Source: an uncultured Planctomycetota bacterium (lineage in GTDB: Bacteria > Planctomycetota > Planctomycetia > Isosphaerales > Isosphaeraceae). From it: a stretch of 64,000 bases of DNA. The notes beneath the pieces are model-generated. The model saw only the letters and a list, made by a program, of their open reading frames with translations, did no database searches and was not told where the DNA came from. Where the stretch lies: contig CAVTTN010000002.1 in assembly GCA_963737655.1 (NCBI GenBank), positions 6,784,001-6,848,000 on the forward strand, read 5' to 3'. The position numbers and the translations under genes were made by a program. Position 1 is the first letter of the stretch, and each line of letters starts with the position of its first letter. Shown here piece by piece: positions 18,735 through 30,951 of the stretch.

Positions 18735-20066
18735 TCAGCGGCCGGCCGGGGCTTCTTCGGCGAGGGTGGCGGCCCGGCCGATCCCGAAGTAGGTGAAGCC
18801 GAGGGCGGCCATCTTCTCGGGGTCGTAGAGGTTGCGGCCGTCGATGATGACCGGGGTCTTCATCGTCCGGCGCATGAGGTCGAAGTCCGGGTTGCGGAAC
18901 TCGTTCCACTCGGTGGCGATGGCCAGGGCGTCGGCGCCTTTGAGGCAGTCGTACGGCCGGGCGCAGTAGTTCAGCTTGTCGCCGTAGAGGGCCTTGACGT
19001 TGTCCATCGCCTCGGGGTCGTGGACGTTCACGGCGCATCCGGCGGCGATCAGGGCGTCGATCAGGACGAGCGCGGGGGCCTCGCGGATGTCGTCGGTCTT
19101 GGGCTTGAACGCCAGGCCCCAGAGGGCGACCTTCCGGCCGGCGAGGTCGCCGAAGTGCTCGCGGAGCTTGGTCGCCAGGACGTCCTTCTGCGCGTTGTTG
19201 ACCTCGTCCACCGCCTCCATCATCTTCGCCGGGAGGCCGACGGTCCGGGCCATGTGGATCACGGCGCGGATGTCCTTGGGGAAGCAACTGCCGCCGTAGC
19301 CGACGCCGGGGAAGAGGAAGCTGAAGCCGATCCGTTGGTCGTGGCCGATCCCCCGGCGGACGTCGTTGATGTCCGCCTCGTACCGCTCGCAGAGGTTGGC
19401 CATCTCGTTGATGAAGCTGATCTTGGCGGCGAGCATGCAGTTGGCGACGTACTTGGTCATCTCGGCCGACTCGGGCGTCATCACCAGGAACGGCCGCTCG
19501 GTGCGGAGGAAGGGGGCGTAGAGGTCGCGGAGGGTCTCGGCGACCTCGGGGGACCTCACGCCGACGACGACGCGGTCGGGCTTGGTGAAGTCGTCGATGG
19601 CGGCGCCTTCCTTGAGGAACTCGGGGTTGTTGGCGACGTCGAACGGGACGTCGGTCACCGCGGCCATCCTCCGGGCGAGCTCGGCGTTGGTGCCGACCGG
19701 GACGGTGCTCTTGATCACGACGACCTTGTGCGAGTCCAGGGCCCGGGCGATCTCCTCGCCGACGGCCCAGACGCCGGAGAGGTCCGCGCCCCCGTCGTCC
19801 CCCTGGGGGGTGCCGACGGCGATGAAGACCAGCTCGGCCTCGACGACGGCCTCGGCCAGGTCGGTGGTGAAGTGGAGGCGGCCGTCTCGCGAGTTGCGGC
19901 GGACGAGCTCGGCCAGCCCGGGCTCGTAGATCGGGACCTCGCCGCGGTGGAGCATGGCGATCTTCGAGGCGACCTTGTCGACGCAGGTGACCTCGTTGCC
20001 GCTCTCGGCGAAGCAGGTCCCGGTGACCAGGCCGACGTATCCAGTCCCGATGACGGCGATCTTCAT
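18735..20066 (-). CDS. ugd: UDP-glucose 6-dehydrogenase
   Basis: [37 protein letters not shown]. Confidence 0.95.
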   Translation of the reverse strand: MKIAVIGTGYVGLVTGTCFAESGNEVTCVDKVASKIAMLHRGEVPIYEPGLAELVRRNSRDGRLHFTTDLAEAVVEAELVFIAVGTPQGDDGGADLSGVWAVGEEIARALDSHKVVVIKSTVPVGTNAELARRMAAVTDVPFDVANNPEFLKEGAAIDDFTKPDRVVVGVRSPEVAETLRDLYAPFLRTERPFLVMTPESAEMTKYVANCMLAAKISFINEMANLCERYEADINDVRRGIGHDQRIGFSFLFPGVGYGGSCFPKDIRAVIHMARTVGLPAKMMEAVDEVNNAQKDVLATKLREHFGDLAGRKVALWGLAFKPKTDDIREAPALVLIDALIAAGCAVNVHDPEAMDNVKALYGDKLNYCARPYDCLKGADALAIATEWNEFRNPDFDLMRRTMKTPVIIDGRNLYDPEKMAALGFTYFGIGRAATLAEEAPAGR

Positions 20067-20475
20067 GAAAGGCGGCCCTCCTCGGCCCGCGATCGGTTCA
20101 GTTCGGTGCGACGGGGTTCGGTGCGGCGCGATTCGGGGGAGGTCGAGACGGACGGGCCCCGGGAGAGCTTAGGGCGCGGGCGGGTCCGAGCCAGGGAGGC
20201 TCGGCGATCCCGGCGCAAATTTTCGCAACCCGCCGCCGCGGCCGCAAGCCCGAACGACGATCCGGGGCCCGTCGCGTGGCATTCGGCCATCGTGAGAGGC
20301 CTGAATCCCGGCTCGATCCGATCCGATCGGAGGGCGCCCCCCATCGGCCGAGATCTTCATCGGAAACCCATCGTTTTTACGCAGAAGCTCGCATCAATTC
20401 TTCATGGACGGAGGGTAGATTGCCTGACCCCCTGAACTTTCCCGCCGAGTGGCCTGCTTTCCGAGGACCCCGAAA

Positions 20476-21612
20476 GTGAACGCATCTCCGGTTCGGAAGT
20501 CGCGAGGCGGCTTCACCTTGATCGAGCTGCTGGTGGTGATTGCCATCATCGGGGTCTTGATCGCCCTGCTCCTGCCGGCGGTGCAGGCGGCTCGCGAGGC
20601 GGCGAGGCGCATCCAGTGCACCAACAATCTGAAGCAGATCGGCCTGGCGATCCACAACTACGAGAGCGCCAACGGCTCGCTGCCGCCGACGACGATCCTG
20701 GTCCCGCCGTTCAACGGCTCGAACTGGCTGTTCGAGTCGTCGTGGAGCGTCTCGGCGCGGGTGTCGCCGTTCATGGAGCAGGGGAACCTGTATAACTCGA
20801 TCAACTTCACGCTGACCTACAGCGACCCGCCGAACACGACGGTGGCCTGGACCTCGCTGAGCACCCTGCTGTGCCCGAGCGACACCGGGGCCCCGTATGA
20901 CGACGCCACGCTCGGCGGGACGGCCGTGCTGGTCGCCGGCAAGAAGTTCGCGCCCAATGCCACGAGCAGCTACGGGGCGGTGGTCGGCGACTGGTACGTC
21001 TGGTCGATCAACGGCTCGGCGGTCGGCCAGGTGAACCGCTCGGCGTTCGGGCCGACGATGGTCCGGCGATTCGCGGACTTCACCGACGGCCTGAGCAACA
21101 GCCTCCTGTATTCCGAGGGGTACATCGGCCACGCCCAGGCCCGCGACTGCGTGCCGAGCAACGGCATCCCGTCGGACTCCTCGGCCGGGACGTGGTCCCC
21201 CTCGAACGTCCCGACGCCCGAGAACTCGCTGGCCGCGCTGAACCAGGTGGTCGCGGCGTGCAGCAGCTCGAAGAAGTTCGGCGTGCCCTACGGCCACACC
21301 CGCTGGTGCAACGGCGGCGTGTATTACTCGGGGATCACCACGGCCGTCCCGCCCAACACGAAGGTGACGACGACCCTGCCCGTGGTCAACTCCCGGACCA
21401 TCGGCAAGCCGTTCGACTACGTGAGCTGGGACGAGAACAACGGCCTCTCGACCTACGCCTCGCTCTCGGCCAGCAGCTTCCACCCCGGCGGCGTGAACAC
21501 CCTGCTGGGCGACGGCAGCGTGAAGTTCGTCAAGGACGCGACGGCCCCGAAGGTCTGGCGGGCCCTGGGCACCATCTCCGGCAGCGAGGTCATCAACGCC
21601 ACCGATTATTGA
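20476..21612 (+). CDS. DUF1559 prepilin-type protein
   Basis: [14 protein letters not shown]...[18 protein letters not shown] and C-terminal HPGGVN...DGSV. Confidence 0.95.
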   Translation: MNASPVRKSRGGFTLIELLVVIAIIGVLIALLLPAVQAAREAARRIQCTNNLKQIGLAIHNYESANGSLPPTTILVPPFNGSNWLFESSWSVSARVSPFMEQGNLYNSINFTLTYSDPPNTTVAWTSLSTLLCPSDTGAPYDDATLGGTAVLVAGKKFAPNATSSYGAVVGDWYVWSINGSAVGQVNRSAFGPTMVRRFADFTDGLSNSLLYSEGYIGHAQARDCVPSNGIPSDSSAGTWSPSNVPTPENSLAALNQVVAACSSSKKFGVPYGHTRWCNGGVYYSGITTAVPPNTKVTTTLPVVNSRTIGKPFDYVSWDENNGLSTYASLSASSFHPGGVNTLLGDGSVKFVKDATAPKVWRALGTISGSEVINATDY

Positions 21613-21625
21613 GTGGGCCGCGGTC

Positions 21626-21775
21626 GGCGGTCGCTGATGAAGCGGAGGCGGCCGTCTCGCGAGTTGCGGCGGACGAGCTCGGCCAGACCGGGCTCGGCTC
21701 GTGGATCGGGACCTCGCCGCGCGTGACCTCGTCGCCGCTCTGGGCGAGCCAGGTCCCCGTGACGACGATCTTCAT
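21626..21775 (-). pseudogene. Decayed duplicate of the ugd 5' end
   Basis: Collinear with ~19860-20066 with deletions; shares GGAGGCGGCCGTCTCGCGAGTTGCGGCGGACGAGCTCGGCCAG. Confidence 0.85.
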
Positions 21776-21995
21776 GAGAGGCGGCCCTCCTCGGCCCGCG
21801 ATCGGTCCCGTTCGGAGCGATCGGAGGGGGGGCGGGGCCGACCTTCGGAGGGTCGTCGCGGGGGGCCGCGATCTTCATCGGAAATCCACGTCTTTTTCGC
21901 CGAAAAGCACATCGATTCTTCACGGTCGCCGGCTAAATTGCTCGATCCCCCGCGAGTTTTCCCGCCTGATGGCCCAGTTTCCAAGGATCCCGAAA

Positions 21996-23096
21996 GTGCA
22001 CGCAACCCCCGTCCGGAAGTCGCGACGCGGCTTCACGCTGATCGAGCTCCTCGTGGTGATCGCGATCATCGGCGTGTTGATCGCCCTGCTCCTGCCGGCC
22101 GTGCAAGCGGCGAGGGAGGCGGCCCGGCGGGCCCAGTGCACCAACAACCTCAAGCAGATGGGGCTGGCGCTGCACAACTACGAGGGGAGCTTCGGGACCT
22201 TCCCGCTCTCGAACGCCATGGTGCAGAACGGCACGTCGCTCGGGGGACCGTTCTGGACCAACAACCTCAGCGTGAACTCGCGGCTGCTGAACTACATCGA
22301 GGGCGGCAACGTCTTCAACGCGATGAACCTGAGCTTGAAGGACTCCGCCCCCGAGAACACCACGACCTGCGGCCAGTTGATCTCCGCGTTCGTCTGCCCC
22401 AGCGACCCCAACACCAGGGCCTTCAACGACGGCGGCACCGTCTTCGGGGCCGGGAACTACGGCTTCTGCGCGTCGAGCGACTGGTACGTCTTCAGCTGGC
22501 CGAATGCGGCGATCTCGGGGGCGGGCTCCCCCTCGCGGGGCGCGTTCGCGGTCAATCAGGCCCGCAGGCTCGCGGAGTTCACCGACGGGCTCTCGGGCAC
22601 GGCCGTGATCGCCGAGATCAAGACCTACCAACCCTCGATGAAGTGCCCGTCGCTCATCTCCACAGCGAACATCATGAACGTCCCCGGCCCCAACGACCCC
22701 CTGCCGGCCGCCTACACCAGCGGCTGTGCCAAGATCGATGACGTCAAGCACTCCCGCTGGTCCAACGCGGGGGTCTACCACTCGGGATATACCGCGGCCT
22801 ATCCCCCCAACAAGAAGACCGAGACCCTCGTCCCGGCGGGCACGGTGTTCACCTTCCCGCAGGGCGGGGCCGGCAGCTACATGGTCATCGACACCTGGTC
22901 CGGCAATGAGAACGACGGCGGCGCCAACGGCGTCACGTTCGCTTCGTTCGCGGCGCGGAGCTATCACCCCGGAGGCGTCAATGTCCTCTTCGGAGACGGG
23001 TCGGTCAAGTACGTCAAGGACGGGATCGCCGGGAACACCTGGCGGGCGATCAACTCGATCTCCGGGGGCGAGATCGTCAATGCCAGCGAGCTTTGA
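21996..23096 (+). CDS. DUF1559 prepilin-type protein (second paralog)
   Basis: Same N-terminal and H-X9-DG motifs. Confidence 0.95.
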   Translation: MHATPVRKSRRGFTLIELLVVIAIIGVLIALLLPAVQAAREAARRAQCTNNLKQMGLALHNYEGSFGTFPLSNAMVQNGTSLGGPFWTNNLSVNSRLLNYIEGGNVFNAMNLSLKDSAPENTTTCGQLISAFVCPSDPNTRAFNDGGTVFGAGNYGFCASSDWYVFSWPNAAISGAGSPSRGAFAVNQARRLAEFTDGLSGTAVIAEIKTYQPSMKCPSLISTANIMNVPGPNDPLPAAYTSGCAKIDDVKHSRWSNAGVYHSGYTAAYPPNKKTETLVPAGTVFTFPQGGAGSYMVIDTWSGNENDGGANGVTFASFAARSYHPGGVNVLFGDGSVKYVKDGIAGNTWRAINSISGGEIVNASEL

Positions 23097-23122
23097 TCCG
23101 ACCCGCGGACCGCGGGCGACCC

Positions 23123-24622
23123 TCAAGGCACCAGCTGATACGTCACGAAGGCGATCTTCTTGCCGTCGGGCGACCAGCAGGGGACGTTGGCGGTCCCCTG
23201 GCCTCCGAAGATCCGGCCGAGGATGTCGATCTTCCTGGAGGCCAGGTCCAGCCGGCGGAGCGTGACGTCCCGGTCCTCGGGGTGGCCCGTCACGTCCTTC
23301 GGGTAGGAGAGGAAGACGATCGATCGGCCGTCGGGCGAGGGGTGCGGGAACCAGTTGTTGAAGTCGTCGTCGGTGACCGGTTCCTGCTCCGAGCCGTCGG
23401 CCTTCATCGTCCAGACCTGCATCCGGCCGGACCGCTCGGAGTTGAAGACGATCGATCGGCCGTCGGGCGTGAATTCGGGGCCGTCGTCCAGGCCCTTCGC
23501 CGAGGTCAGCCGGGTCTCGGGCCCGCCCTCGGCCGGGATGGTGTAGACGTCGAACTCGCCGCCCCTCTCGGCGCAATAGGCGAGCGTCTTGCCGTCGGGC
23601 GACCATCCGTGCCAGTATGAGGGGCCGTCGGGGGTGATCCTCTGGGGCGTCCCTCCGTCGATGGGGAGGGTGTAGATCCGCGACTTGCGGTCGCCCTGCG
23701 AGCCGTCGCTGATCGCGAGCGATCGGCCGTCGGGCGAGACGCCGTGGTCGTTGTTGCAGCGGGTGGCGAACCCGGTGTCGATGGGTTTCGGCTCCCCGCC
23801 CGAGGCCGGGATCTTCACGATCCGGCCTCCCGAGTTGTAGATCAGCGATTGGCCGTCGCGGAGCCAGTTCGGCGCCTCGATTCGCGAGGGCGTGACGAAC
23901 ACCACCCGGCGATCGGTCGAGGCCATCGTCTGCGTTTCGAGGGTGCTGAAGAGCGTGGGCTTGCCCGTCGAGGCGGGCAGGGGGGACCTCACGATCACGT
24001 TGGAGAACCTGGCCGTCTCGACGACCTCCGCGTTGTGGGCGCACACGCCCAGGCCGACCAGGAACGGCTCCTTCAGGGCGATCCTCACCGCCGCGCCGGA
24101 GAACTTCACGTCCTTCTCGCTCGAACCCAGGAACATTCTCACATAAGACCCGCGTTTCTCCAGGCGGAGGCGCGAGGGGGCGGAGACGTTGGCCTGGACC
24201 TCGTGGGTGAGGTCGCCGGAGGTGTCGCGGAACTGGAGGGACGTCAGGCCGTCGCCGTGGAGGGCCGCATCGACGTAGGCCGAATCGGCGCCGAGGCCCT
24301 GGCGGATCATCAGGCAGGCCTTGCGGTGGGGGTCCGTGCCCCGGCCGACGAACGAGACGTCGGCCTCGATCGCCACGTCGCCCGCGACCTCCTTCCAGAG
24401 GAACCGGAACGCATCCTCGGCGCCCCACATGTTCTTGCCGCTGCCCGAGAGGGTATAGACCTTCGTCGCCGGGTCGAACGCCGAGGAGCCGGCGTGGAGG
24501 ACGGTCCCCACGTCGCCCCGACCGCCGAACTCCCCGACGCGCCCCTCGCCCGCGAAGGCGAAGGCCGGCGCCGCCAGGCCCAGGACGACCGCTCCCAGCC
24601 CCGGTGTGAAACGAGATCGCAT
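23123..24622 (-). CDS. TolB-like beta-propeller (PD40 repeat) protein
   Basis: Signal peptide and repeated W/F-SPDG motifs. Confidence 0.9.
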   Translation of the reverse strand: MRSRFTPGLGAVVLGLAAPAFAFAGEGRVGEFGGRGDVGTVLHAGSSAFDPATKVYTLSGSGKNMWGAEDAFRFLWKEVAGDVAIEADVSFVGRGTDPHRKACLMIRQGLGADSAYVDAALHGDGLTSLQFRDTSGDLTHEVQANVSAPSRLRLEKRGSYVRMFLGSSEKDVKFSGAAVRIALKEPFLVGLGVCAHNAEVVETARFSNVIVRSPLPASTGKPTLFSTLETQTMASTDRRVVFVTPSRIEAPNWLRDGQSLIYNSGGRIVKIPASGGEPKPIDTGFATRCNNDHGVSPDGRSLAISDGSQGDRKSRIYTLPIDGGTPQRITPDGPSYWHGWSPDGKTLAYCAERGGEFDVYTIPAEGGPETRLTSAKGLDDGPEFTPDGRSIVFNSERSGRMQVWTMKADGSEQEPVTDDDFNNWFPHPSPDGRSIVFLSYPKDVTGHPEDRDVTLRRLDLASRKIDILGRIFGGQGTANVPCWSPDGKKIAFVTYQLVP

Positions 24623-24747
24623 GACGGCCCTCTCCCGATCGACGGTGGGTCTTCGGATCGATCCTCGCCCGAGCCCCGATTCTCGGCGCCCGGCGGGCCG
24701 GCCGCAAGACGGCTCGTCCCCAGAGGTTCCCCGGCCCGCCTCCCGCT

Positions 24748-25485
24748 TCACGCGAGGAAGGGAGGGAGGGGCCCTCGGCTCCGGACGTGGCGGAGGAAGC
24801 CTTCGGCGAGGCGGGTTCCGCTCTCGATCCCCCGGAATTTGGCCACCTGGTCCTGGAGGGCGTAGAACCGCTCGGGCGCCTGGCTGGCGTGGGCGAAGCA
24901 GGCCCGGCGCTTCCGGGGCTCCGCGTCGGTGATGTCGAGGTAGTGGGTGGGCGAGAACTGCTGGGTGTCCTCGCCGTTGGAGACTTCGTAGAAGAACAGC
25001 GAGGGCTTGCGGCCCAGTTTCAGCCAGGCGTGGAGGACGAGCATCGCGGCGGCCCGGTGGTCGGCGTGGTCGTCGATCGGCCAGTGGGTGAAGAGGGCGT
25101 CGGGCTTCTCGGGTTCCAGGATCTTGAGGAACGCCTCGGAGTGGGACGGATCGACGACCGAGGCGCCGTCGACCTGCCCGGCGAACACGGGCCGGGCCTT
25201 GAGGATCTCGCAGGCGAGGCGGGCCTCGGCCACCCGGGTCCCGGCGGGGATTCGGCGAGGCCCGGCGGGCTCGCCCTCGTTCAGGTAGAGCACGACGACC
25301 TCATGGCCGGCGTCGGTCCATCGGGCGATGCTCCCTCCGCAGCCGTATTCGGGGTCGCCGGGATGGCCCCCGACCACGATCAGCTTGAGCCTGCGAGCCG
25401 GATCGGCGGGAGGCCCGGCCCATCCCGAGGCCGCGGCCAGCCCCCCGGCCCGGCCGATCAGGGATCGTCGCGAAATCGGCGGCAT
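24748..25485 (-). CDS. PIG-L family deacetylase, Tat-like leader
   Basis: [22 protein letters not shown]. Confidence 0.88.
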   Translation of the reverse strand: MPPISRRSLIGRAGGLAAASGWAGPPADPARRLKLIVVGGHPGDPEYGCGGSIARWTDAGHEVVVLYLNEGEPAGPRRIPAGTRVAEARLACEILKARPVFAGQVDGASVVDPSHSEAFLKILEPEKPDALFTHWPIDDHADHRAAAMLVLHAWLKLGRKPSLFFYEVSNGEDTQQFSPTHYLDITDAEPRKRRACFAHASQAPERFYALQDQVAKFRGIESGTRLAEGFLRHVRSRGPLPPFLA

Positions 25486-25564
25486 GGGCGGCGGGCCTTC
25501 GGGGGGCGGAGGAGATGGCGGGCCAATGGCGGGACGGGCTGCCATTGGCCCGCCGATGCCGGTC

Positions 25565-26710
25565 TCACCCGCCCGCCTTCGGCCGGGCGTAGGAAAGCGC
25601 CATCAGGGCATAGGACGTGACGAGGTTCGGGTCGCCTTCCATGAAGCTGTCGGCCTTGTTCACCCAGCTGCCGGACGGGTCTTGCCGCTTCGCGAGTGCC
25701 TCGACGAGTTCGGCCCTCCAGTCGTGGCCCTTGCCCGAGGCGTCGGTGAACTTCGGCTGGCCGAGGAGGGCCATCGCCTTGGCGAAGGTCTGGTAGTAGT
25801 AGTACAGGCCCTTCTGGCCCATCCCGGGGTTCTCGTCCAGGCTGTAATTCTTGGCGATGTAGGCCAGGGCGGCCTTGACCCGGGGGTCGTCCGGCTTCAG
25901 CCCGGCGTAGATCATGCTCTTGAGTCCGGCGTAGGTCATCCCGGCGTAGGAGCGGAGGCCGCCGTCGTCGGTCTTCCCGGCCATGCTCTGGCCGCCGTTG
26001 GCGGCGGTGTAGACGAACCCGCCGTCATTGACCTTGCCGGCCCAGGGCTGGTCGTTGAACTCGCTCTTGAGGTTCTGGCACCGCGAGACGAAGACCAGGG
26101 CCTTCTTCATCGCGGGGTCGTCGGCGGGCAGGCCGCTGTCTCGCAGGGCCTCGATCATGAAGGCGGTGTTGGAGAGGTCGGGGCGGCTGTTGCTTCCTCC
26201 GTAGCCGGCCCCTCCGTAGAAGTCGCTGTCCGGGCCCTTGCCCTCGGACTCGTCCCACTGCTTGCCGGTGAGGAACTTCTGGCCTCCCTTGAGGAAGGCG
26301 TCGTATTTGCCGTCCCGGTTCGCCTCCTGGAAGGCCATCAGGGAGATCGCGGTCGAGTAATTGGCGTGGGCGGCCTCGGACAGCCCGCCCTGGGGGCCGA
26401 CGAACTTCTCCAGGTAGCCCAGCGCCTTGGTGATGACCGGCTCGTTCGGCGCGACCTGGCTCGATCGCAGCAGCGCGGTCACGACCAGGGCCGTGATGCC
26501 CGGCTCCTTGCGGTCGGGCGACCAGTTCCCCTCGGCCGCCTGCCGGGGGCGGAGGAACGCCACGGCCTTCCTCGAAAGCGAGTCGATCGACGGGGCGGGG
26601 TCGTCGGCGAACGCCTCTCGACCGGCCAGGGCCGCAATCCCGAAGGTGCCGGCGCCGAGGCCGAGGCCCAGGCCGAGGAACTGGCGTCGCGAGGGCAGGG
26701 GGGACGTCAT
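25565..26710 (-). CDS. Prenyltransferase/squalene-oxidase repeat protein, Tat signal
   Basis: SRRQFL; Q..GxW repeats; DLSNT motif. Confidence 0.88.
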   Translation of the reverse strand: MTSPLPSRRQFLGLGLGLGAGTFGIAALAGREAFADDPAPSIDSLSRKAVAFLRPRQAAEGNWSPDRKEPGITALVVTALLRSSQVAPNEPVITKALGYLEKFVGPQGGLSEAAHANYSTAISLMAFQEANRDGKYDAFLKGGQKFLTGKQWDESEGKGPDSDFYGGAGYGGSNSRPDLSNTAFMIEALRDSGLPADDPAMKKALVFVSRCQNLKSEFNDQPWAGKVNDGGFVYTAANGGQSMAGKTDDGGLRSYAGMTYAGLKSMIYAGLKPDDPRVKAALAYIAKNYSLDENPGMGQKGLYYYYQTFAKAMALLGQPKFTDASGKGHDWRAELVEALAKRQDPSGSWVNKADSFMEGDPNLVTSYALMALSYARPKAGG

Positions 26711-26860
26711 GGCGGGCGGTCCTCCGGTCGGTCTCGATCGATGGGGTCTCAGTCCGAAGACTCTCGGTCGTCCGGGACCATGATAGCCTGCCTCGCCCCG
26801 CCGAGGAAAGGCGGACGGAGCCGAGGGGAGGGTCGGAGGCCGGGGCGGCCCGGCCGGCGA

Positions 26861-28078
26861 TCAGAGCACCATCCCGTTGAACTTGGCCACCCGTTCGAGG
26901 TCCAGGACGAGCTCTCGGGGGGTCTGGAACCGCTCGTCGGGCCTCTTGGCGAGCATCCGCAAGACGGCCCCCTCGAACAGGTCGGGGATCGAGAGCTGGA
27001 ACTTCTTCGGCTTCACGGGCTCGGCCAGGCGGATCTTCTGGACCGTGTCGACCAGCGAGGTCCCCTCGAACGGCGGCCGGCCGGTCAGGAGGGCGTAGAC
27101 CGTGGCGCCCAGGCTGTAGATGTCGGAGCGGGTGTCCACCGACGCATCCTCGCGGGTCCGCTCGGGGGACATGTAGGCGAGGTCCCCCAGGAGCTGCCCC
27201 GGCCGGGTGACCTGCCGGGCCATCACGCCTTCCAGGGCCTTGGCCAGCATCAGGTCGCCGAGCTTCGCCGCGTTGTCCCCCTTGCGGATCAGGATGTTCT
27301 GGGGGGTGATGTTCCGGTGGATGATGTGGTGTTCATGGGCCGCTTCCAGGGCCCGGGCGATCTGGACGGCCACCGTCAGCGCGTATCGCCAGTCGAGCAT
27401 GCCGACGGTGCCGATCCGGGCGATGACCTTCGTGAGCGGCTCGCCGTCGACGTATTCCATGGCGATCCAGCAGACCGGGCCGTTCTTGCCCGCGCCGTGG
27501 AGGGCGACGATGTTCGGGTGCTTCAGGGCCACGACGGTCTTCATCGCCCGGATGAACCTCTGGAGCTCTTCCTCGTCGTCGGCGTACTCGGGGCCGAGGA
27601 CCTTGAAGGCGACCTCGTGGCCGTCCCGGGTGTCCTTCGCCTTGTAGATGGTGCCGGTCTGCCCCTTGGCGAGGATCGTGCCGACCTCGTAATGGGAGAT
27701 CGTCTGGCCGGTCAGGTCGGTCGGTCCCGGGCGGCCGGGGGGCCGGGCCCCGGGGTTCATCACCTGGGTGCTCTGGTCGTGAGTGCCGGCCGCCACCAGC
27801 TTCAGCCGGGTCGAGCCCAGGGCGATCACGTCGCCGTCCTCCAGGGTCGCCTCGGTGACCTTCCGGCCATTCACGGCCGTCCCGGCGGCGCTGCCGTTGT
27901 CGTGCAGCAGGAACACGCCGGCCATCGCCTGGATCTCGCAATGGACCCGCGAGATCTGGAGGTCCTTGAGCTGGGTCCCGGTGTTCTGCCCCCGGCCGAT
28001 CACCAGCGTCTGACCGTCCTCCAGAGGGAACGAACGGCCCTGGTCCGGGCCCTCGATGACCTGAAGATGACCGAGCAT
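26861..28078 (-). CDS. FHA-domain Ser/Thr kinase-like protein
   Basis: FHA motifs (IGRG, SRVH, GTAVNG) plus kinase fold (VAFK, HPNIV, YMSPE, DIYSLG). Confidence 0.92.
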   Translation of the reverse strand: MLGHLQVIEGPDQGRSFPLEDGQTLVIGRGQNTGTQLKDLQISRVHCEIQAMAGVFLLHDNGSAAGTAVNGRKVTEATLEDGDVIALGSTRLKLVAAGTHDQSTQVMNPGARPPGRPGPTDLTGQTISHYEVGTILAKGQTGTIYKAKDTRDGHEVAFKVLGPEYADDEEELQRFIRAMKTVVALKHPNIVALHGAGKNGPVCWIAMEYVDGEPLTKVIARIGTVGMLDWRYALTVAVQIARALEAAHEHHIIHRNITPQNILIRKGDNAAKLGDLMLAKALEGVMARQVTRPGQLLGDLAYMSPERTREDASVDTRSDIYSLGATVYALLTGRPPFEGTSLVDTVQKIRLAEPVKPKKFQLSIPDLFEGAVLRMLAKRPDERFQTPRELVLDLERVAKFNGMVL

Positions 28079-28208
28079 GCGTGGACCTCCCGGAGCGACG
28101 CCGAACCCTGGCGATCCGCGGCCGTCGCGGAGTTGTTTTGATCGAAAAAGTTTGATGGAGCGGCGCGAGGAAGTCAAGTGGGGGCAAGGCCCCGGCCGCA
28201 GGTTCTCG

Positions 28209-28904
28209 CTACGGGGGCAGCTTGCCCAGCTCCAGGCTCCGGGCCAGGAGGTCCTTGGCGCGGTCGGGGAGGTCGGCCTTGCGGATCCTGGCGACGGCCT
28301 GGTCGATCGGGTAGCTCATCCTCTTGAGCTCGATCCGGCCGTTGTCGATCACGGCGTAGGCGGCCCGGGGGTCGCCGTCTCGGGGCTGGCCGACGCTCCC
28401 CGGGTTCAGGACGACGGCGTCCCCGGCGACGAGGTTGAACTGGAGGTGCGAGTGCCCCACGCAGACGATGTCCGCCTCGACGTTCTCGACCCGCTTGGCC
28501 CAGACCTCCGGGTCGCGCATCACGTATTCGTCCAGGGGGTCGCGAGGCGTCCCGTGGACCAGGAGGAACCGCTTGCCGTCGAGCGTCAGGCGCCGGGTCA
28601 GCGGCAGTTGGAGGAGGTATTTTCGCTCCTCCTGGCCCAGGGCGGCCCACTGGAGAGGGCGGGTGGCGCGGGTCAAGTAGCGGTAGCCGGATTCCCCCTG
28701 GACCGGCACGCCCTGGGCGACCCCGTGGTCGTGGTTGCCCCGGATGGCGTGGTCGGCGTGCTCCATCGCCCAGCGGACGCACTCGGCCGGGTCGGGGCCG
28801 TAATCGACGAGGTCCCCCAGGCAGAGGCAGACGTCGTGGGGCTCGTCGATCGCCGAGAGGGCGGCGAAGTTGGCGTGGATGTCCGAGACGATCAGGATGC
28901 GCAC
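28209..28904 (-). CDS. Metallophosphoesterase family protein
   Basis: SDIHAN, GDLVDYG, GNHD, GHSH, NPGSVGQPRDG. Confidence 0.93.
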   Translation of the reverse strand: MRILIVSDIHANFAALSAIDEPHDVCLCLGDLVDYGPDPAECVRWAMEHADHAIRGNHDHGVAQGVPVQGESGYRYLTRATRPLQWAALGQEERKYLLQLPLTRRLTLDGKRFLLVHGTPRDPLDEYVMRDPEVWAKRVENVEADIVCVGHSHLQFNLVAGDAVVLNPGSVGQPRDGDPRAAYAVIDNGRIELKRMSYPIDQAVARIRKADLPDRAKDLLARSLELGKLPP

Positions 28905-28942
28905 GGGCAGCCCCCGGGGGGTTCGGGACCGCCGTCCCGCCT

Positions 28943-30813
28943 CTAGAGCCACCGATCGGCCCACAGGCCGAACATCAGGAGCGTCCACAACGGCTTGCGA
29001 TGGTCCTTCGAGCCCTCGCGATGCTCGGCGATCATCGCGCCCACGGCCTCGGGGCGGAACAGGCCCAACGCCTTCAGGCGATCCGGGCCGAGGGTCGCGT
29101 CCAGGAGGCCGCCGAGCTCCCCCGGAGCCACCGGGCCACCGGGATGCCGAACCCCTTCTTCGGGCGACCGAGGATCGAGGCCGGAAGCCTACCCTTCGCC
29201 GACGCCTTGAGCAACCTCTTGGTCGTCCCGTTCGCATACTTGAAGCGAGAAGGCAACGCTTCCACCCGGTCCACCAGCCCGGCGTCCAGGAACGGGGCGC
29301 GGACCTCCAGCCCGCACGCCATGCTCGCGCGGTCCACCTTGGTCAAGATATCTTCCGGAAGGTACGTATCCTGATACAGCAAGAGCGACCGACGGAGCCG
29401 ATCGCCCGAACCCGCGGCCCCGGCCGACCTCGCCAGGTGCTGGGCTTCCACGTCGATCGAGGCGCCGTCGGCCAGCAATCGGCCGATCTCCCGGCCCGAG
29501 AACGACCCGAGCCATCGCTGGTGGGCCAGGGCCGCCGGCTCGCCGGCCCCCCGGACGAACTGCTTCAGCTTGAAATCGAGGCTGAAGTTGCGGTGATCGA
29601 CCGGCAGGCGGCCGACGGTCGCCTTCGCCAGCCTCCGGGCCGGCCGGGGCAGCATCCCGTAGACGGCCGAGGCCCCCTCGGCGGCGAACGTCGGGTAGCC
29701 GGCCAGCAGCTCGTCGGCGCCGTCTCCGCCGAGGGCCACCGTCACCTCCTCGCGGGCGAACCGGCTCAGCAGGTGGGTCGGCAGGATCGAGGCGTCGCCG
29801 AACGGCTCGTCGAGCCACCCGACGACCTCCGGCAGGAGGTCCAGCACGTCCCTCGCCGAGAATTTCCGCTCGCGATGGTCCGTGCCCAGCGCCTCGGCCA
29901 CCGTCCGGGCGTGCGACGACTCATCGAAGCTCGGGTCATCGAATCCGATCGAGAACGTCTTGATCCGGGACGGGTGATCCAGCTCGCAGAGGGCCGCCGC
30001 GACGCTCGACGAATCCACCCCGCCGGAGAGGAACACGCCGAGGGGGACGTCCGACCGGCGATGACGGCCCACCGAGTCGCGGAAATCGCCCCAGAACCGC
30101 TCCGCCTCCCCGGCGAACGGCGGGGGGTCGGCCATTTCCCCGGGGGGCGACCAGTAGCGATCGACCGAGGCCCGGCCCTCCTCCCAGACCAGCCGATGCC
30201 CGGCCGGGAGCTTGCTCATCCCCTTCCAGATCGAGCCCGGGGCGGGGACGTATTCATAGAAGAGGTAGCGGGCCAGGCCGTCGGGGTCGAGCGATCGCGG
30301 GACGTCCGGGTGGGCGAGCAGGGCCTTGGGCTCGGAGCCGAACGCCAGCCCCCCGCCGGGCAGCCCGGCATGGAAGAGCGGCTTCTGGCCCATCCGGTCG
30401 CGGGCCAGGACGAGCCTCCGCCTCTTCTCGTCCCAGATCGCCAGGGCGAACATGCCGTTGAGCCGGCGGACGAAGTCGATCCCGTCCTCTTCATACAGAT
30501 GGACGAGGCTCTCGGTGTCCGAGGAGTTCCGGTAGACGTGCCCCCGGGCGATCAACTCGCGGCGGAGTTCGGGCTCGTTGTAGATCTCGCCGTTGAAGCT
30601 GACCCAGACCGAGCCGTCCTCGTTGCCCATGGGCTGGGCCCCGCCGGCCACGTCGATGATCGACAGGCGGCGATGCCCCAGGGCGGCGTTGCCCGAGACG
30701 AACAGGCCGTCGCCGTCGGGCCCGCGATGGGCGAGGGTCGCCGTCATCCTGGCCACGGTGTCGCGGTCGGCCGGCTCGCCCTGGCGATTGACGAACCCCG
30801 CGATTCCGCACAT
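28943..30813 (-). CDS. asnB: Asparagine synthase (glutamine-hydrolysing), frameshift near 29120
   Basis: MCGIAG, HRGPD, FNGEIYN, LSGGVDSS, RPKKGF; C-terminus continues in ORF 28943-29131. Confidence 0.92.
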
Positions 30814-30951
30814 GACGAGGGCCTTTCGGGGGGCGAGGAGCCGGGAGGACCACCGCGAGCCCGCGTGAATATCCTTCTGTTATAATGCGCCGACCCGCCG
30901 GGCGAATAGCGGGGGCCGGAGTCGCCCATCCACCCCGACCGGAGCCTCCTC

